NCBI GenBank assembly: GCA_037379345.1
Contig: CM074516.1
Span: 25,048,001 to 25,111,851 of the forward strand
Reading direction: 5' to 3'
From: Perna viridis
Lineage: Eukaryota
Length of the DNA stretch: 63,851 bases
Shown: positions 37,865 to 49,844 of the stretch, piece by piece
How the letters are laid out: every line of letters begins with the position of its first letter
How positions within the stretch are numbered: position 1 is the first letter of the stretch
Made by a program: the position numbers and the translations under genes
Notes under the pieces: generated by a model
What the model was told of the DNA's origin: nothing
The model's database searches: none
The model's input: only the letters and a program-made list of their open reading frames with translations

Positions 37865-40143
37865 CCTTGTATTTGTTATATACTAGTGGGGCTGCATATT
37901 TGATAGTGGGAGTAAGCCCTAGATGGGCTACACATTTAATATTGGGAGCAAGTCCCTGTGGTTGGCGAAAACTGTACATGTACATGTTACCGAGTGATAA
38001 AAAAATCTCTTTTAATCCGTAATATACGTTCGCTCTAGTCTTTTTATATTGTATACAGTGTAACTTGAGTTTTTTTAATATGTCGGGTATGATTGTAAAT
38101 TATATGGCAAGCCAAAGTGGACAAAAATGAGTGTATTCTAAAAATGATTTTTTTATATTACAAATTCAGTTTTCTAATAGTACAAATTATATTTCTTATA
38201 TCACAGAACACTCTTTAATATTGAAAAAAACCATTAATATAAAAAATATATTGTCTGTCTAGCGATGTGAAGGTCGCAGTAATTTCACTTTCGGATTGTA
38301 GAAATTGATTTAAAATTTTGAATTATTTTTCACCGCCTAAAACCGTCTCTAAACAACATGAGGCGGTAACGGATATACCCCCTGCTTTTACAGTAAAACT
38401 GGTTTTAAATATATTTGTTATGATTTGTTATGTAATCGGAAATGAGCTGAATTGCAAAGTCATAGAGAATGGTGCAGTGTACCAATTAAATTAGTTTTGT
38501 TAACCTTAATATGTTTAATATAATAATATACTTTGGTATATTGGTGGCGCAGGTAATATTATCACTTCAGTACTAACTATCAGATACAAAATGCTAACAA
38601 CCTCAAACCAATGTATGCTGTACCTCCGTTATTAAGTTTACGAATAAATACAAGTTTTTATTGCTATTGAATATTCAGCATGATTTTAATGGAATTTATT
38701 AGAAAAGAGAGACACCAACCAGGTGACAAGCCTGAACCATTGTTTGTATTCCCCTTTCTGAAAAAAAAACTGTTCCTCAAAAACAGATTGCTGAAAAAAA
38801 TTAAACTAAAAATTTCATCAAAGTTTGAACCCTACCATTGCATGCAAATAACATATCATTCGTGTGTTTTGCATTGTACTCGGAATTTACGCAAACTGCA
38901 AACTAACTTATTTGAAGAAACTAACGATAGGGGAATAAATTGAATGTAAATTTGGGACTTGTTGTATCAAGAAGGTTCGTATCCGGACCTGGAGCCTATC
39001 TATTTCTGGACATTTCCGTGAGAAGAAAGATAACTGGGATGTATTTTTGTTACTTTTCACATTACGTCCGTTCGTTAATTTAGTTATTCGATTATCTCTA
39101 TTATTTTAAGACTTTTTTTTTACAATACATTTAATTTGGAACAGAAATTATGAAGTATTAATGTGCAAATATATTTTTACTATTTTACCTATTTTAATGC
39201 ATGCATGGTTGCAACGTTAAATGTCCTTCCATGAAAACTAATCTGCACAAAACACACAACGTTATCTGTCTCATTAACGACCACATTCTATATGATGTCG
39301 GCTGTTCCTGTCCCAAGGTGATGTTGAATGTCTGATTCTTTATACTAGGTAAGATGTGGTTGCAGGATTTTCGTGAGTCAACTGAATTTGGTCTTCGCCT
39401 TTTCCATAAAAAGGTGATGCATTTGCAGGTTGCAAAACGTGTACTGCTTTTACACTGTCTATTAAACAGATTTTGTATGTTTTGATAGTTTAAAAAGTAC
39501 TTGATTACTTATCGATTTGATACATTTTGAAACTTGTGTAGTGCTTTCTCAAATCTTCAAATTTAGAGTTTAACAGAAACGGGGAGTACCGCATTAAATG
39601 ATAATGATGGCTTAAATAATTTTGTCAAGTTATGATAATTTTCAAAGTAGTAAAATTAATAGGCAACACTGATTAAAGCCGATACAAATATTAAATTGTT
39701 ATTACACTTACCTATTATAGAGAGGGTGTAAATTGCAATTTGTTAATGGCTGAAATAGATCTGTCGGAATTGACGAACGCAGTTAGGAAGTTGTTGTTTG
39801 AACATTTAATGCATACACGTATCGCATATTCCAGTTGATCGAGACACATCAGCGACATTGAAAAAGTCACAGTCATTTGAGTACAAATAACCCCGTCACT
39901 CATAGACAGAGTCTGTAGTGATAATTTAACTTATATCAAAACCATTGAATGGTTCTAACAAACGCAATCGAATAAAGTGGAAAAACACAAAGGTCAACAT
40001 AAATTATTTCAAATAACATATACTTTTTAATTCCTCAATAAGGTATAAAAAACTTTAAAGCGTTCTGCTTATTTAAAACTTAAGAACGGTATATCCTGTT
40101 TATAAATGCAAATAATTTTAAGCCTAGATAATACTTAACTTGC

Positions 40144-40470
40144 AATATTTATCTTCCGGATTGGTCTTTTTGTATACTTTTGCGATATTACCATATATAA
40201 CCTGACATCTAACAACAACGTAATTGTCCCGATGGGTCATCATCATGGTAAATGTACTGGTGCCATTAAACGTACAGGTTCCTGGCATAACTGTAAATGT
40301 TGTTGTTTCAGTATGAAGTAGTTGCTTTCGAAGTCGTCTGATCCTAATCCATATAAATCTACCTTGAGGTTTACCTACGTTACATGTAGAAGTAAAGGTT
40401 ATACTCTGCCTTTCCTCAATGCCAACTGAAGGAGTGAATGAGAGGATTGCGTCATGGGATGCTGGATTAA
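40144..40470 (-). CDS. Ig-like (C2-set/nephrin-like) domain exon, possibly part of a pseudogene
   Basis: ITFTSTCNVGKPQGRFIW...NGTSTFTM.MT..DN..VVRCQV; ag acceptor, GC-type donor. Confidence 0.6.
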
Positions 40471-40569
40471 CTATACAAATTTGCATATCATGTCTTTTAT
40501 ACACTAGTAATTTTCTATGTAATTTCAACATCATTCTCAACATCAATTGAAATTATCACCTTTATTGTA

Positions 40570-40810
40570 ATGACTTTTTATGAGCAACTCGGATGTTTCT
40601 AGAAAATCAGAGGACGGTTACCTTACCGGTGCACCTGGTCCATGCTCCCAGTGTTTAGTCGAGTTGCTCATTTGCTTTTGTTACTTTGTATGTATGATTT
40701 TAGTTACTTTATGTTCTTTGTTGTGTATGTCTGTTTTCCATGTCTAGTTTTTGTCCCTGAATTACAATCTTTTGATTACCGCTATAACCTTGGTTCCCTA
40801 GATTATTCTT
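40570..40810 (+). mobile_element. Naiad-type PLE 3' UTR fragment
   Basis: atgagcaactcgg...gagttgctcat...gattattct. Confidence 0.8.
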
Positions 40811-41022
40811 CGAAATTACTTGCTCTGACTTTCATTCCACAAAATCAAAGCTTATAAATACTCTTTGATAATTAACATTCTATGTTAGGTTAAACTTCTT
40901 ACAATCTATGTATGTAACTTTTTTGCACTTTATTTAAAGAGTTTGGTCAATAGTTAAAGAGTATGCAACTACTGCAAGGTACAGGATACAAACAGCATTA
41001 TATATGGTAGTCAAATGGGCCA

Positions 41023-41480
41023 ATGAGTGGTGTGTTACCATCAATTGAGAGAAAACAACAGCAAACCCTCTTTACACTCTCACCTAAAACCCAATCTGTC
41101 AAACTGACCATGGATGACATCCATATCACAATGGAAGATCAGCAAACATATCCTGGTGTAACCCTCGATAAAAGACTTACATGGAAACAGCATATAATGA
41201 CAGCAGACGCCAAAGCCAGACGAAAACTAAACATTATGAGAAAACTTGCTGGTACAAACTGGGGCGCTAATGAGAACGTTTTGAAATCTGTCTACGAAGG
41301 AATTGTACGCCCATATCTAGAATATGGCTCTAGTGCTTGGAAGACAGGAGCTAAGCCTCACCATCAGACTCTAGATAAAGTCCAGAATCTGGCACTCCGC
41401 ATCATCATAGGAGCCATGAAATCAACACTTATTGCTAGTATGGAGGAACTTACAAACATACCACCATAAAGTAAGAGAAG
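41023..41480 (+). mobile_element. LINE (I-group, Nimb/Ingi-like) RT C-terminal fragment
   Basis: YPGVTLDKRLTWKQHI...KLAGTNWGA...RPYLEYGSSAW...LDKVQNLALRIIIGAMKST. Confidence 0.85.
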
Positions 41481-41509
41481 AAAATTTTCTGTGTAATTTC
41501 AACATCATT

Positions 41510-41911
41510 CTGGTCCATGCTCCCAGTTTTTAGTGGAGTCTGAGTTGCTCATTTGCTTTTGTTACTTTGTATGTATGATTTTAGTTACTTTATGTTCTTT
41601 GTTGTGAATGCCTGTTTTCCATGTCTGGTCTTTGTCCCTGGATTGCATTCTTTTGATTACCGCTATAACCTTGGTTCCCTTGATTACTCTTTTAGTTACT
41701 TTATGTTCTTTGTTGTGTATGTCTGTTTTCCATGTCTGGTGTTTGTCCCTGGATTGCATTCTTTTGATTACCGCTATATCCTTGGTTCCCTTGATTACTC
41801 TTTTAGTTACTTTATGTTCTTTGTTGTGTATGTCTGTTTTCCATGTCTAGTTTTTGTCCCTGGATTACATTCTTTTGTTTACCTCTATAGCCTTGGTTCC
41901 CTAGATTATTC
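41510..41911 (+). repeat. PLE 3' UTR fragment with terminal 111 bp triplicated in tandem
   Basis: Units at ~41579-41689, 41690-41800, 41801-41911. Confidence 0.9.
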
Positions 41912-42378
41912 TTCGAAATTACTTGCTCTGACTTTCATTCCACAAAATCAAAGCTTATAAAAACTCTTTGATAATTAACATTCTATGTTAGGTTAAACTT
42001 CTTACAATCTATGTATGTAACTTTTTTGCACTTTATTTAAAGAAAATAGTAAATAAATCAAGAAGAAATAAAATATTTTGAACCTTCTCTAATCCTTTTA
42101 TTATCTTCAGTAAACTTAAATGGAAACAATATATTTTTTTAATAAAAAATACAATGTTTGTTTAGATGTTGAACATGTACATTTCAATCCTCGACGCTTC
42201 AATATTTAATTCATAACTCACACCACAACCATTCAATGGTTTGAACAAACGCTTATATAAGATCTGAACAAAATCTTTATTTAACCAAGTATGTTTTGAA
42301 CAGTCCCGTTAAATTTGTTTCACTTACAAATTTAACAAAGCACATACTAAAAGGTGCTTGTGACAATACCGAACTTAC

Positions 42379-42703
42379 AATAAACATTTATCGGACCGGT
42401 TTGTTTGTATTCTTTTTCGACATTATCATAGAAAATCTGACATCTAACAACAACGTCGTTATCCTTTTGGATCATCGTCATGGTGAATGTGCTTGTACCG
42501 TTAAATGTACAGGTACCTGGCATCACTGTAGCTGTTGCAGTTTCGGAATCAAATATTTGCTTTTGATACCCTCGAATCCTGATCCTTCTGAACCTACCTT
42601 AAGGTTTACCTACATTACCTGTACAGGTGAAGGTAATACTCTATCCTTCCTCAATCCAGCTGTAGGTTTAAACATAGTAAGGTATCTGGTGCTGCTGGGT
42701 TAC
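42379..42703 (-). pseudogene. Disabled Ig-like domain exon, paralog of 40144-40470
   Basis: ITFTCTGNVGKP*GRF...CTFNGTSTFTMTMIQKDNDVVVRCQI with in-frame TAG/TAA and a frameshift; gtaagt donor. Confidence 0.75.
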
Positions 42704-42882
42704 CTTTGAATATTAAAAAGTTATACATATTATGTAAATATATAAATTTATAAGAAGTCCAATGGGATGTGGGAACTCTACCATCTTACTTGCTTGTGCA
42801 TTACTATAAAGACCCATAGCATATATGTACAGGGGAGGATCAACATAGAATTTTTCAGCCTTGCATCAAATTAAAATATATA

Positions 42883-43336
42883 TATAGAAGGGTCTGAAAT
42901 ATTCCAAACGATGTTAGAATTGTCAAATTTGCGATGCAAATTTTTGGACGTTCCCTCCACGTCGAACTCGTACCGCTGTGACATCTATGGCAACAACGCC
43001 TGCACAAAGTCCAGTGCCCTAGACCACTAGGCCAGCTAGGCTATATAAAATATATAGCTTTCCCTGGCCGGGTCATTCCTCCACGCAGGATTAATCTAGG
43101 GCTGTAACTTAGTACACGATGTATGGTAGTACGGGACAGGTGTTATTAAGTAGGATAGAGGACCAAATTAATGATGCATGTCCTTACAAATCATCATTAA
43201 ACAAGCGTCTCAGAATGTGATGACTCTTCGCTACACTGCTCCACCGGATCAAATCGATGCAGGGAAGATAATGTAAACTTATAAAAGGATCTGAAAAATC
43301 CCAAACGATGTTAGAACTGTCAAATTTGCGATGCAA
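42883..43336 (-). mobile_element. ~450-bp direct-repeat-bounded element with internal tRNA-Leu-like segment (copy 3)
   Basis: Reverse complement of copies 1 and 2; ~55-bp terminal repeats; (TA)n at its 3' end. Confidence 0.8.
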
Positions 43337-43629
43337 GGCTGCAATATTTGCGATGAGTGATAGTCAAAATCCATAAATCAATGAAATAATCTGTTTTCTT
43401 TTTAACAACAATTGCAGGTAATATTTTAAAGTCAAGCGTTTCCTTATGTATTGTAATACTAGGACTAGGTTAGTTACTATCAATAGAAAAACAGGTATCA
43501 TTTTAAGGAATCGATATGAAATAAAAAAAAAAAAACAATATTCAAAGCGTTTTCTATTTTTCTGATTATTTCAGAACTTTTAGGTATACCTCTTAATTTT
43601 TTTTTTATAAAATCTACTTTGTTATTGAC

Positions 43630-44001
43630 CCGGTAATCAAAAGAATTTAATCCAGGGACAAAGACCAGACATGGAAAATAGACATACACAACAAAGAGCA
43701 TAAAATAACTTAAATCATACATATAACGTAACAAAAGCAAATGAGCAACTGGACTCACTAAAAACTGGGAGCATGGACCAGGTGCATCGGTAGGGTAAAC
43801 TTCCTCTGCCTTTCTGGAAACACCCACCGAGTTGCACATTAAAAGTAAAGTCCGGGGTAGACTAAGAAGGAATGGAAAACTATGACATGTTAAAAAAATA
43901 AGTATTATGGCGCAGATGGATACCCAGTAGCGATGCACGAGTTCATGATATCGACCATAAAACGTCTGTAGTGGTGACTTGTCTTGTAGCAACATAACAT
44001 A
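43630..44001 (-). mobile_element. Naiad-type PLE 3' fragment
   Basis: LQTFYGRYHELVHRY followed by the shared 3' UTR. Confidence 0.8.
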
Positions 44002-46462
44002 AGGTAATGAATAAAAAAGGTTCTGCAAAATTATTGCAAGTGAAGGCAAAAGCATCCCGCAACCACAGGTAAACAAGAAAAGAAACTTTTTCCATTATAT
44101 ACATACTTATATGCATACCTTTCACCTTGAATGAGGCAGTGTCTGATAGTACCGGTCAGCTAATGAGCAATTTCAGTAAGCAATATATTTTTACAGGAAT
44201 TATTACCGTAGAAGTGCAGTTTTTACTTGAGGTAAACCTCCAACATTATAAAGTATAAGGCAATCGGGTATAGAGATATTGGGCATGTGTCAAGGGCAAA
44301 AGAGACTGAGAATCGGTATTAATAAAGCACACAGTGATGATAGACTGTTTTACTCTAATTGAAATATAGCATATTGTATTAAATGAATATTAATAATAAG
44401 TAAATTTTGTTATATGCATAATTTCTGTTAATTGCTTTTGGGGCGACTTGGAATATGACTAGGAAATGAAACATGGAGGTAGTAGTAAAGGGGAATGGAG
44501 AAATAGCGGACTGAAAATAGGGAAGAGCGAAAAGTATACTTCTTAGAAAAACTGTAAATAGAAAATAATTCTGTGACCCTGAATGACTTTGTCCTCAGGA
44601 AAAATATATATATATGCTGTACTTTTAAAAGCGAGCGTGTCGTCTCTGAACGCTATTAGATTGTAAATGCATTAAAAATAAAATAGAATGATAATGATAA
44701 AAACATGATACATGAAACATTAAAAACACATAGATAAACAATCCAAAACAAGAAGTAAAAAATCGAAAGCACCTGGGAAACAAGATTTCTGTGCTTTTGG
44801 GCATACCACATGCTACAGCAGATACATTGTGTCTCTATATAGGCAAATCATCGATCAAATAAAATATTATTGAACCTTATTCTTTAGTCGTTTTATAATC
44901 AGAAAGAAATATACAATTGGTGTTGGCCAGTAACTAGAACGTTTAAACCATTATATTTCTATTGAAGTTTAATCCCTATGAGTAATGTTAACAGATTTCA
45001 ATATTTCGACACAGTATCACTCAGAGTGCAAAATTCTTGTAAACAGAAAAACCTATGTAATAAAAGCCTTCAACTTCAGTCGTGTATTTTTATATCTCGT
45101 TCCTGAATTTAAACAATTCATATTTATAAAAAAAGAAAGAAATTGTTTCTCTTCAGTTGTATGGTTTTCGTTTTTGCTTGTCACCACCATTCATTTTAGT
45201 CTTAAGTAGATTTTGTGGTGCAGATTTTCTGTTCGCAATGTAAATGTAATCATTTTTTAGTTTTAATTCATTTGATATATATCAATATTTGCTTCGGTTA
45301 GAGCATTTGTCATTTAGAAAATTGATAAACATAAATTGAATAGCAATATCAAGGCAAATACAAGAAAATTGAAAATAAACGGAATGGTCCATACTCGGTA
45401 AGGACATTTGCGACGGGAATGATAGTTAACCAGGTTTTATTGCCTGTTCCGATTTTCGGCGGATCTATTGGACAGAGTTGGTTAAATCATTACTAAAACA
45501 GGGCAAAAGGTATATCGGTGATATTATAAAAAAATAACATCGTCAAAAGTCTTTTCCATTTGCCCAAAAAAAAAAAAAAATAATAATAATAATAATATTT
45601 GTATATCGGAAATGATTTCAAAAGTATTTTTATAACTTTGGTCCAAAAGCCTGCCTCTCAGGCATTATTATGTCAGAATAAAGAATACTAGCATACCTTA
45701 ACTGAAAAATGAAAAAAAATGTGATGTAGTAGGTATATTAAAAATGTACATGAAATTAAAAGTGAATTTTTTTATTTAAGATAAAAAGTATAAAAACCAC
45801 GCGGAGGAAACAACTCTGAAATTCCTAGTTATGGTGGATAAATAATCGGATGCCTTGCTTCAAATTTAGGATTGTTAAGGTGAAAACATGGTCATTATAT
45901 CCATGTGTGAAATAAGGGATCTTGCTTCTTTCACTTCTTGTCTTTGCCAACATTTTACAGAAATGCCGATTCAAATAAATAAAGAAACAGATCGGCAAAG
46001 AGAGGGGCACAGATAGTGCCCATCGGAATGTTGATGATTTGCAGAAAAAATTTTCATAAAAGGTGGCACATATGTCAAGTAGAAATTCTTACATACTAAT
46101 CATATATTGTGTTCTGTAGTGGTTTAATCTGCAGTATTGTAACTTAAAATAAAAAGTATTGTAATATTTGCGATTCCGGCATGTAATGGCTTAATGAATG
46201 ATTTCTTTTAGACGAGTTTTCAATTCTCTTTTTAGTTGAGGTAATATATAATGTTAAAAAGTTAAGAGTAATTATTCATTGTTATTGTTTTAACTTCAGC
46301 AAAGGAGAGAAATTCAATGTTGTCTTCAAGATAAGAAGACTTAGGAAACCAAATTTAGTATTTGATGATAGTTCAATGGGCACAATAACATTGTTGGGGC
46401 ACAATCTTTTGTGGTCACTAATTGTTTCTCCTCTACTTATTAAGCTTGTAAAACTGTTGCAA

Positions 46463-47291
46463 AAGAGTAATCAAGGGAACCAAGGTTATAGCGGTAATCA
46501 AAAGAATGTAATCCAGGGACAAAGACCAGACATGGAAAACAGACATATACAACAAAGAACACAAAGTAACTAAAATCATACATACAAAGTAACAAAAGCA
46601 AATGAGGAACTCGGACTCCTATAAAACTTAGGAGCATTGTCCAGGTGCACCGGTAGGGTAGGCGTCCTCTGCTTTTCTAGAAACACTCGCAGTTGCTCAT
46701 AAAAAGTCAAGTCAGGGGTAGACAAACGAGGAAAGGAAAACTATGGCCCGTTTTCATGGTGCAGATGGATAAGTTCATGATGACGACCACAAAACTTCTG
46801 TAAGTGTAGGTCAAGATATGAGGCTGACTTCACAGTGTCTGTAGTATCCTTTGTCTCAAGTTCTTTGGGGTAGAGGCGATATATCAAATCTGGAAATTAG
46901 GATTGTTTAAAGATAATACGTCATCTTTATAGCAGAAACAGATTAAAGGATCTAGCCAAACGATATACTTTCTTTCGGATCAGATCAGCTATAAAGTCAG
47001 ACTCATTAGAGTGAAGGAATAGGTCAGCAAGTAAAGGAGCACAATTTGTTCCCATTGGAATGCCGACCATTTATTAAAAACGCGTCCACCACACTGGACA
47101 AATATGTTGTCGATTAAAAATTCCAGCATTTTGTAAACATTTTCTTCTGTATATTTGGAAGATGATTTGGAAGTATTTCTTACAAAGTATGAGGAATCTC
47201 CATCAAGAACTATATATTTGTATCTAGGTGTACCATCTTTTTTGGAAAAACAACGATGTATAATGTTTTAAGTCGGGATTTTAACTGAGTA
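46463..47291 (-). mobile_element. Naiad-type PLE 3' half with internal deletions
   Basis: 46803-47291 near-identical to 35440-35941; joined to the full 3' UTR. Confidence 0.88.
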
Positions 47292-47294
47292 CTT

Positions 47295-47995
47295 TCAAAG
47301 AACTCATACGATGGTATCATGATTTATAATTGTAGTTAATATCGAAAATATCGTAGTGGAATATATGACCAAGCTTTTAAACTTTCTCCGATACAGTAAT
47401 TTAGAAGGAGTTTCATCTTTGCATCTAGCAATAGTAAGTGTCGAGTTTGGTAGTTGTCAATCCACTAGAACGTAAAATCTAATTGAAGATATCTTGTCTC
47501 ATCAGTGAGAAACGTCAAAACGGTCGACCATACTGTTTTGTCAACCGTACAACTCCTGTTGTGATGATATGAATAAAGGTTATCCCTGATGTCTATATTA
47601 CAATATCCGCGCTCTTCAGAAAGTCCGTATACAGATAAAAGGCTCTACAGTAACAGATCAATTGTGAAATGTATACTGCTACTACGATAGGGGAATCTAA
47701 TTGGTGGAAAATCAAAATCATAACTGTCATATGGATTTTCGATTCCAAACGCCATTATGAATTATCTACATGAAGGTATCAATTAAGGTCTAGGAATGAC
47801 GCAGAGGAACGTGTTTCGACTCTCTTTTTTCAAACGTAGCCCTTGTAAATATCCGTCTTTGCACGAATATAAGAACAAATCCGGCCAAGAGTGGCGAACT
47901 TTTTGTTCCCATTTGTATTCCGAAGGTCTGCTGGAACCCCAAATTCGATAAAAATGTTGTCCACCAGAAATTCAAACACATTGAAAACATCAAAG
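47295..47995 (-). mobile_element. Older, diverged PLE RT fragment
   Basis: FQQTFGIQMGTKSSPLLA and YD..DFDFP.I.FP remnants. Confidence 0.6.
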
Positions 47996-48057
47996 TCTTT
48001 TTGTTAGTACCAGTGGGTTTTTCTTTGTGATGATGAATTTACATTTTTTTGTTTGGA

Positions 48058-48218
48058 GAAAACATTCCGAGTTGCTCATTTACTTTTGTTACTTTGTATG
48101 TATGATGTTGGTTAATTTATGTTCTTTGTTGTGAATGTCTGTTTTCCATGTCTGGTCTTTGTCCCTGGATTGCATTCTTTTGATTACCGCTGTAGCCTTG
48201 GTTCCCTTGATTACTCTT
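48058..48218 (+). mobile_element. Naiad-type PLE 3' UTR fragment
   Basis: ccgagttgctcatt...cttgattactct. Confidence 0.8.
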
Positions 48219-49844
48219 CCAATACCTCTAGTCCTAATATCACATTACTCCATTATATATTCTCTGTTCCCAATTCATTTACATAATTGTCCCATAAGAC
48301 GTAATTGTACAAATTACAAAGCTTTGTTTTAATAACACTAATCGAATTTTAATTATTCCTCGATTTTGCATGCAGTTTTCTGTTTATACAACGGTCGAAG
48401 TGACCTCAATAATTGTTCTTGTAAACATAAGTTATAAACGAATATTACTTTAATGTGAGCCCACTGATATTCATGATACAAAATAAGAGCACATAATTCT
48501 TTATTCTATAATGTGTCAATTAATACAAGATTTGAATTGTTTTATTTTTATGATAATCATCAAGGCTTGATGCTTTGCATACTAAATTAGCTTCTTTTCG
48601 GTTTGATCTAAAACCCGGAACGGCAATCGATTTGAAGACATATATGAGGTATTCAATATCCACTTTGAGCTATATATTTAGTTTTACAGGACGTAAATGC
48701 TGTTCAACGCATCTATATTTTTGTTATTGGGAGTATTATAACAGATACTAATTTAAGAAGAAATAAATTGACCTGGGGAAAATTTAATAATGTTAACCTT
48801 TAAAACGGAAGTTTTTTAACAGCTTATATAGTTTCCTTGTCAAAAAATTATGTCTGTTTAGTCGCACCGGTAGTGGACTTCAACTGTTGTAATAACAATT
48901 CTTTGCCATAATACCTGGAATCATAAAGTAGTTTTGTCACGGATATAAAACATATTTTAGTTTTATCAGAGGTTGTCTCCAATATTCTGATGAGAGTCTT
49001 ACAAGATTGAACAACGAAATATATTTAGATATGTGGTGTTCGAATGTCGACACGAATGACAATGGTATTGTAATAAACATTTTCTGAGAGTGAATCTATA
49101 AGCGAAAAATAGTGCGACGACACGATTGAAACATAGCCAAGTTCATTGAATGTCATTAGAACATCAACGAATATTAATATAAAGGTAAAATTTTGAATTT
49201 TTTGATTTTTGAAGGAAATCTTCTATATCATGATTATCAAAGTCCGATTTGTGTGTATTTGTTCAAATATTTTATAAAGTTTTTTTTATTGGCAAAACGA
49301 AGAATATGTTAATGTAGTATTCAATATCTATGACACGTGACTTGACACACTTTGACACACGATACTTTATCTTGTAGTTTGCGCGGCTACCTTTACGAAG
49401 GGTACCACTTTTTATCAATTGAATCCTATTTGTTTAAAACTATCAATCGCCAGATGCAGTTAAGAGAACATAAATAAAAACAAACCAAAACGAGACAAAA
49501 CAAACAACAAACCTAACAAACAACAAACATACAAATACAAACAAAAATGCAAAACAGAGCAACACAATAACAACGTTTCCGTCTGCATTTTTTATAAGTT
49601 GACGGAAATGGACATTTCATGCTAGCGTCTTTCAAAAACTCATATTAGCGATTGACAATAAAACAACAATGATGCATGTAATAATTATTATCATTATTGA
49701 CCGCAAACAATAGTTTGAGTGTAAAAATGTAGGTCGGTAACGTTATATAATGTTTTTGTGCCTCAGGTTAAGTTAACTCTATTCAGTTTATTTTCTGCAT
49801 TGTAATTTTGTTTCTGCGGTTGTTTTAGGATAGAAATATAAATC

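Larger units (their letters stand above)
40511..42042 (+). repeat. Direct duplication (40511-40940, 41484-42042) bracketing a LINE fragment
   Basis: ttttct.tgtaatttcaacatcattct, then PLE 3' UTR, then cgaaattacttgctctg...ttatttaaaga in both copies. Confidence 0.85.

Noticed and set aside
39712-39910. Possible Cys-containing exon downstream of the Ig exons
   Set aside because: Splice-like ends, but stops in the plausible frame and no confident domain.
41579-41911. CRISPR-like array
   Set aside because: Contiguous tandem units without unique spacers, in a eukaryotic context.
41553-41960. Repetitive hydrophobic ORFs (also 40642, 43498, 46440, 24531, 53625)
   Set aside because: Chance translations of the T-rich PLE 3' UTR.
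48987-49020. Hammerhead-like CTGATGAG motif (also minus-strand at ~47500 and ~62450)
   Set aside because: Lacks a correctly placed GAAA and stems I/III; the 48.99 kb case straddles the duplication boundary.
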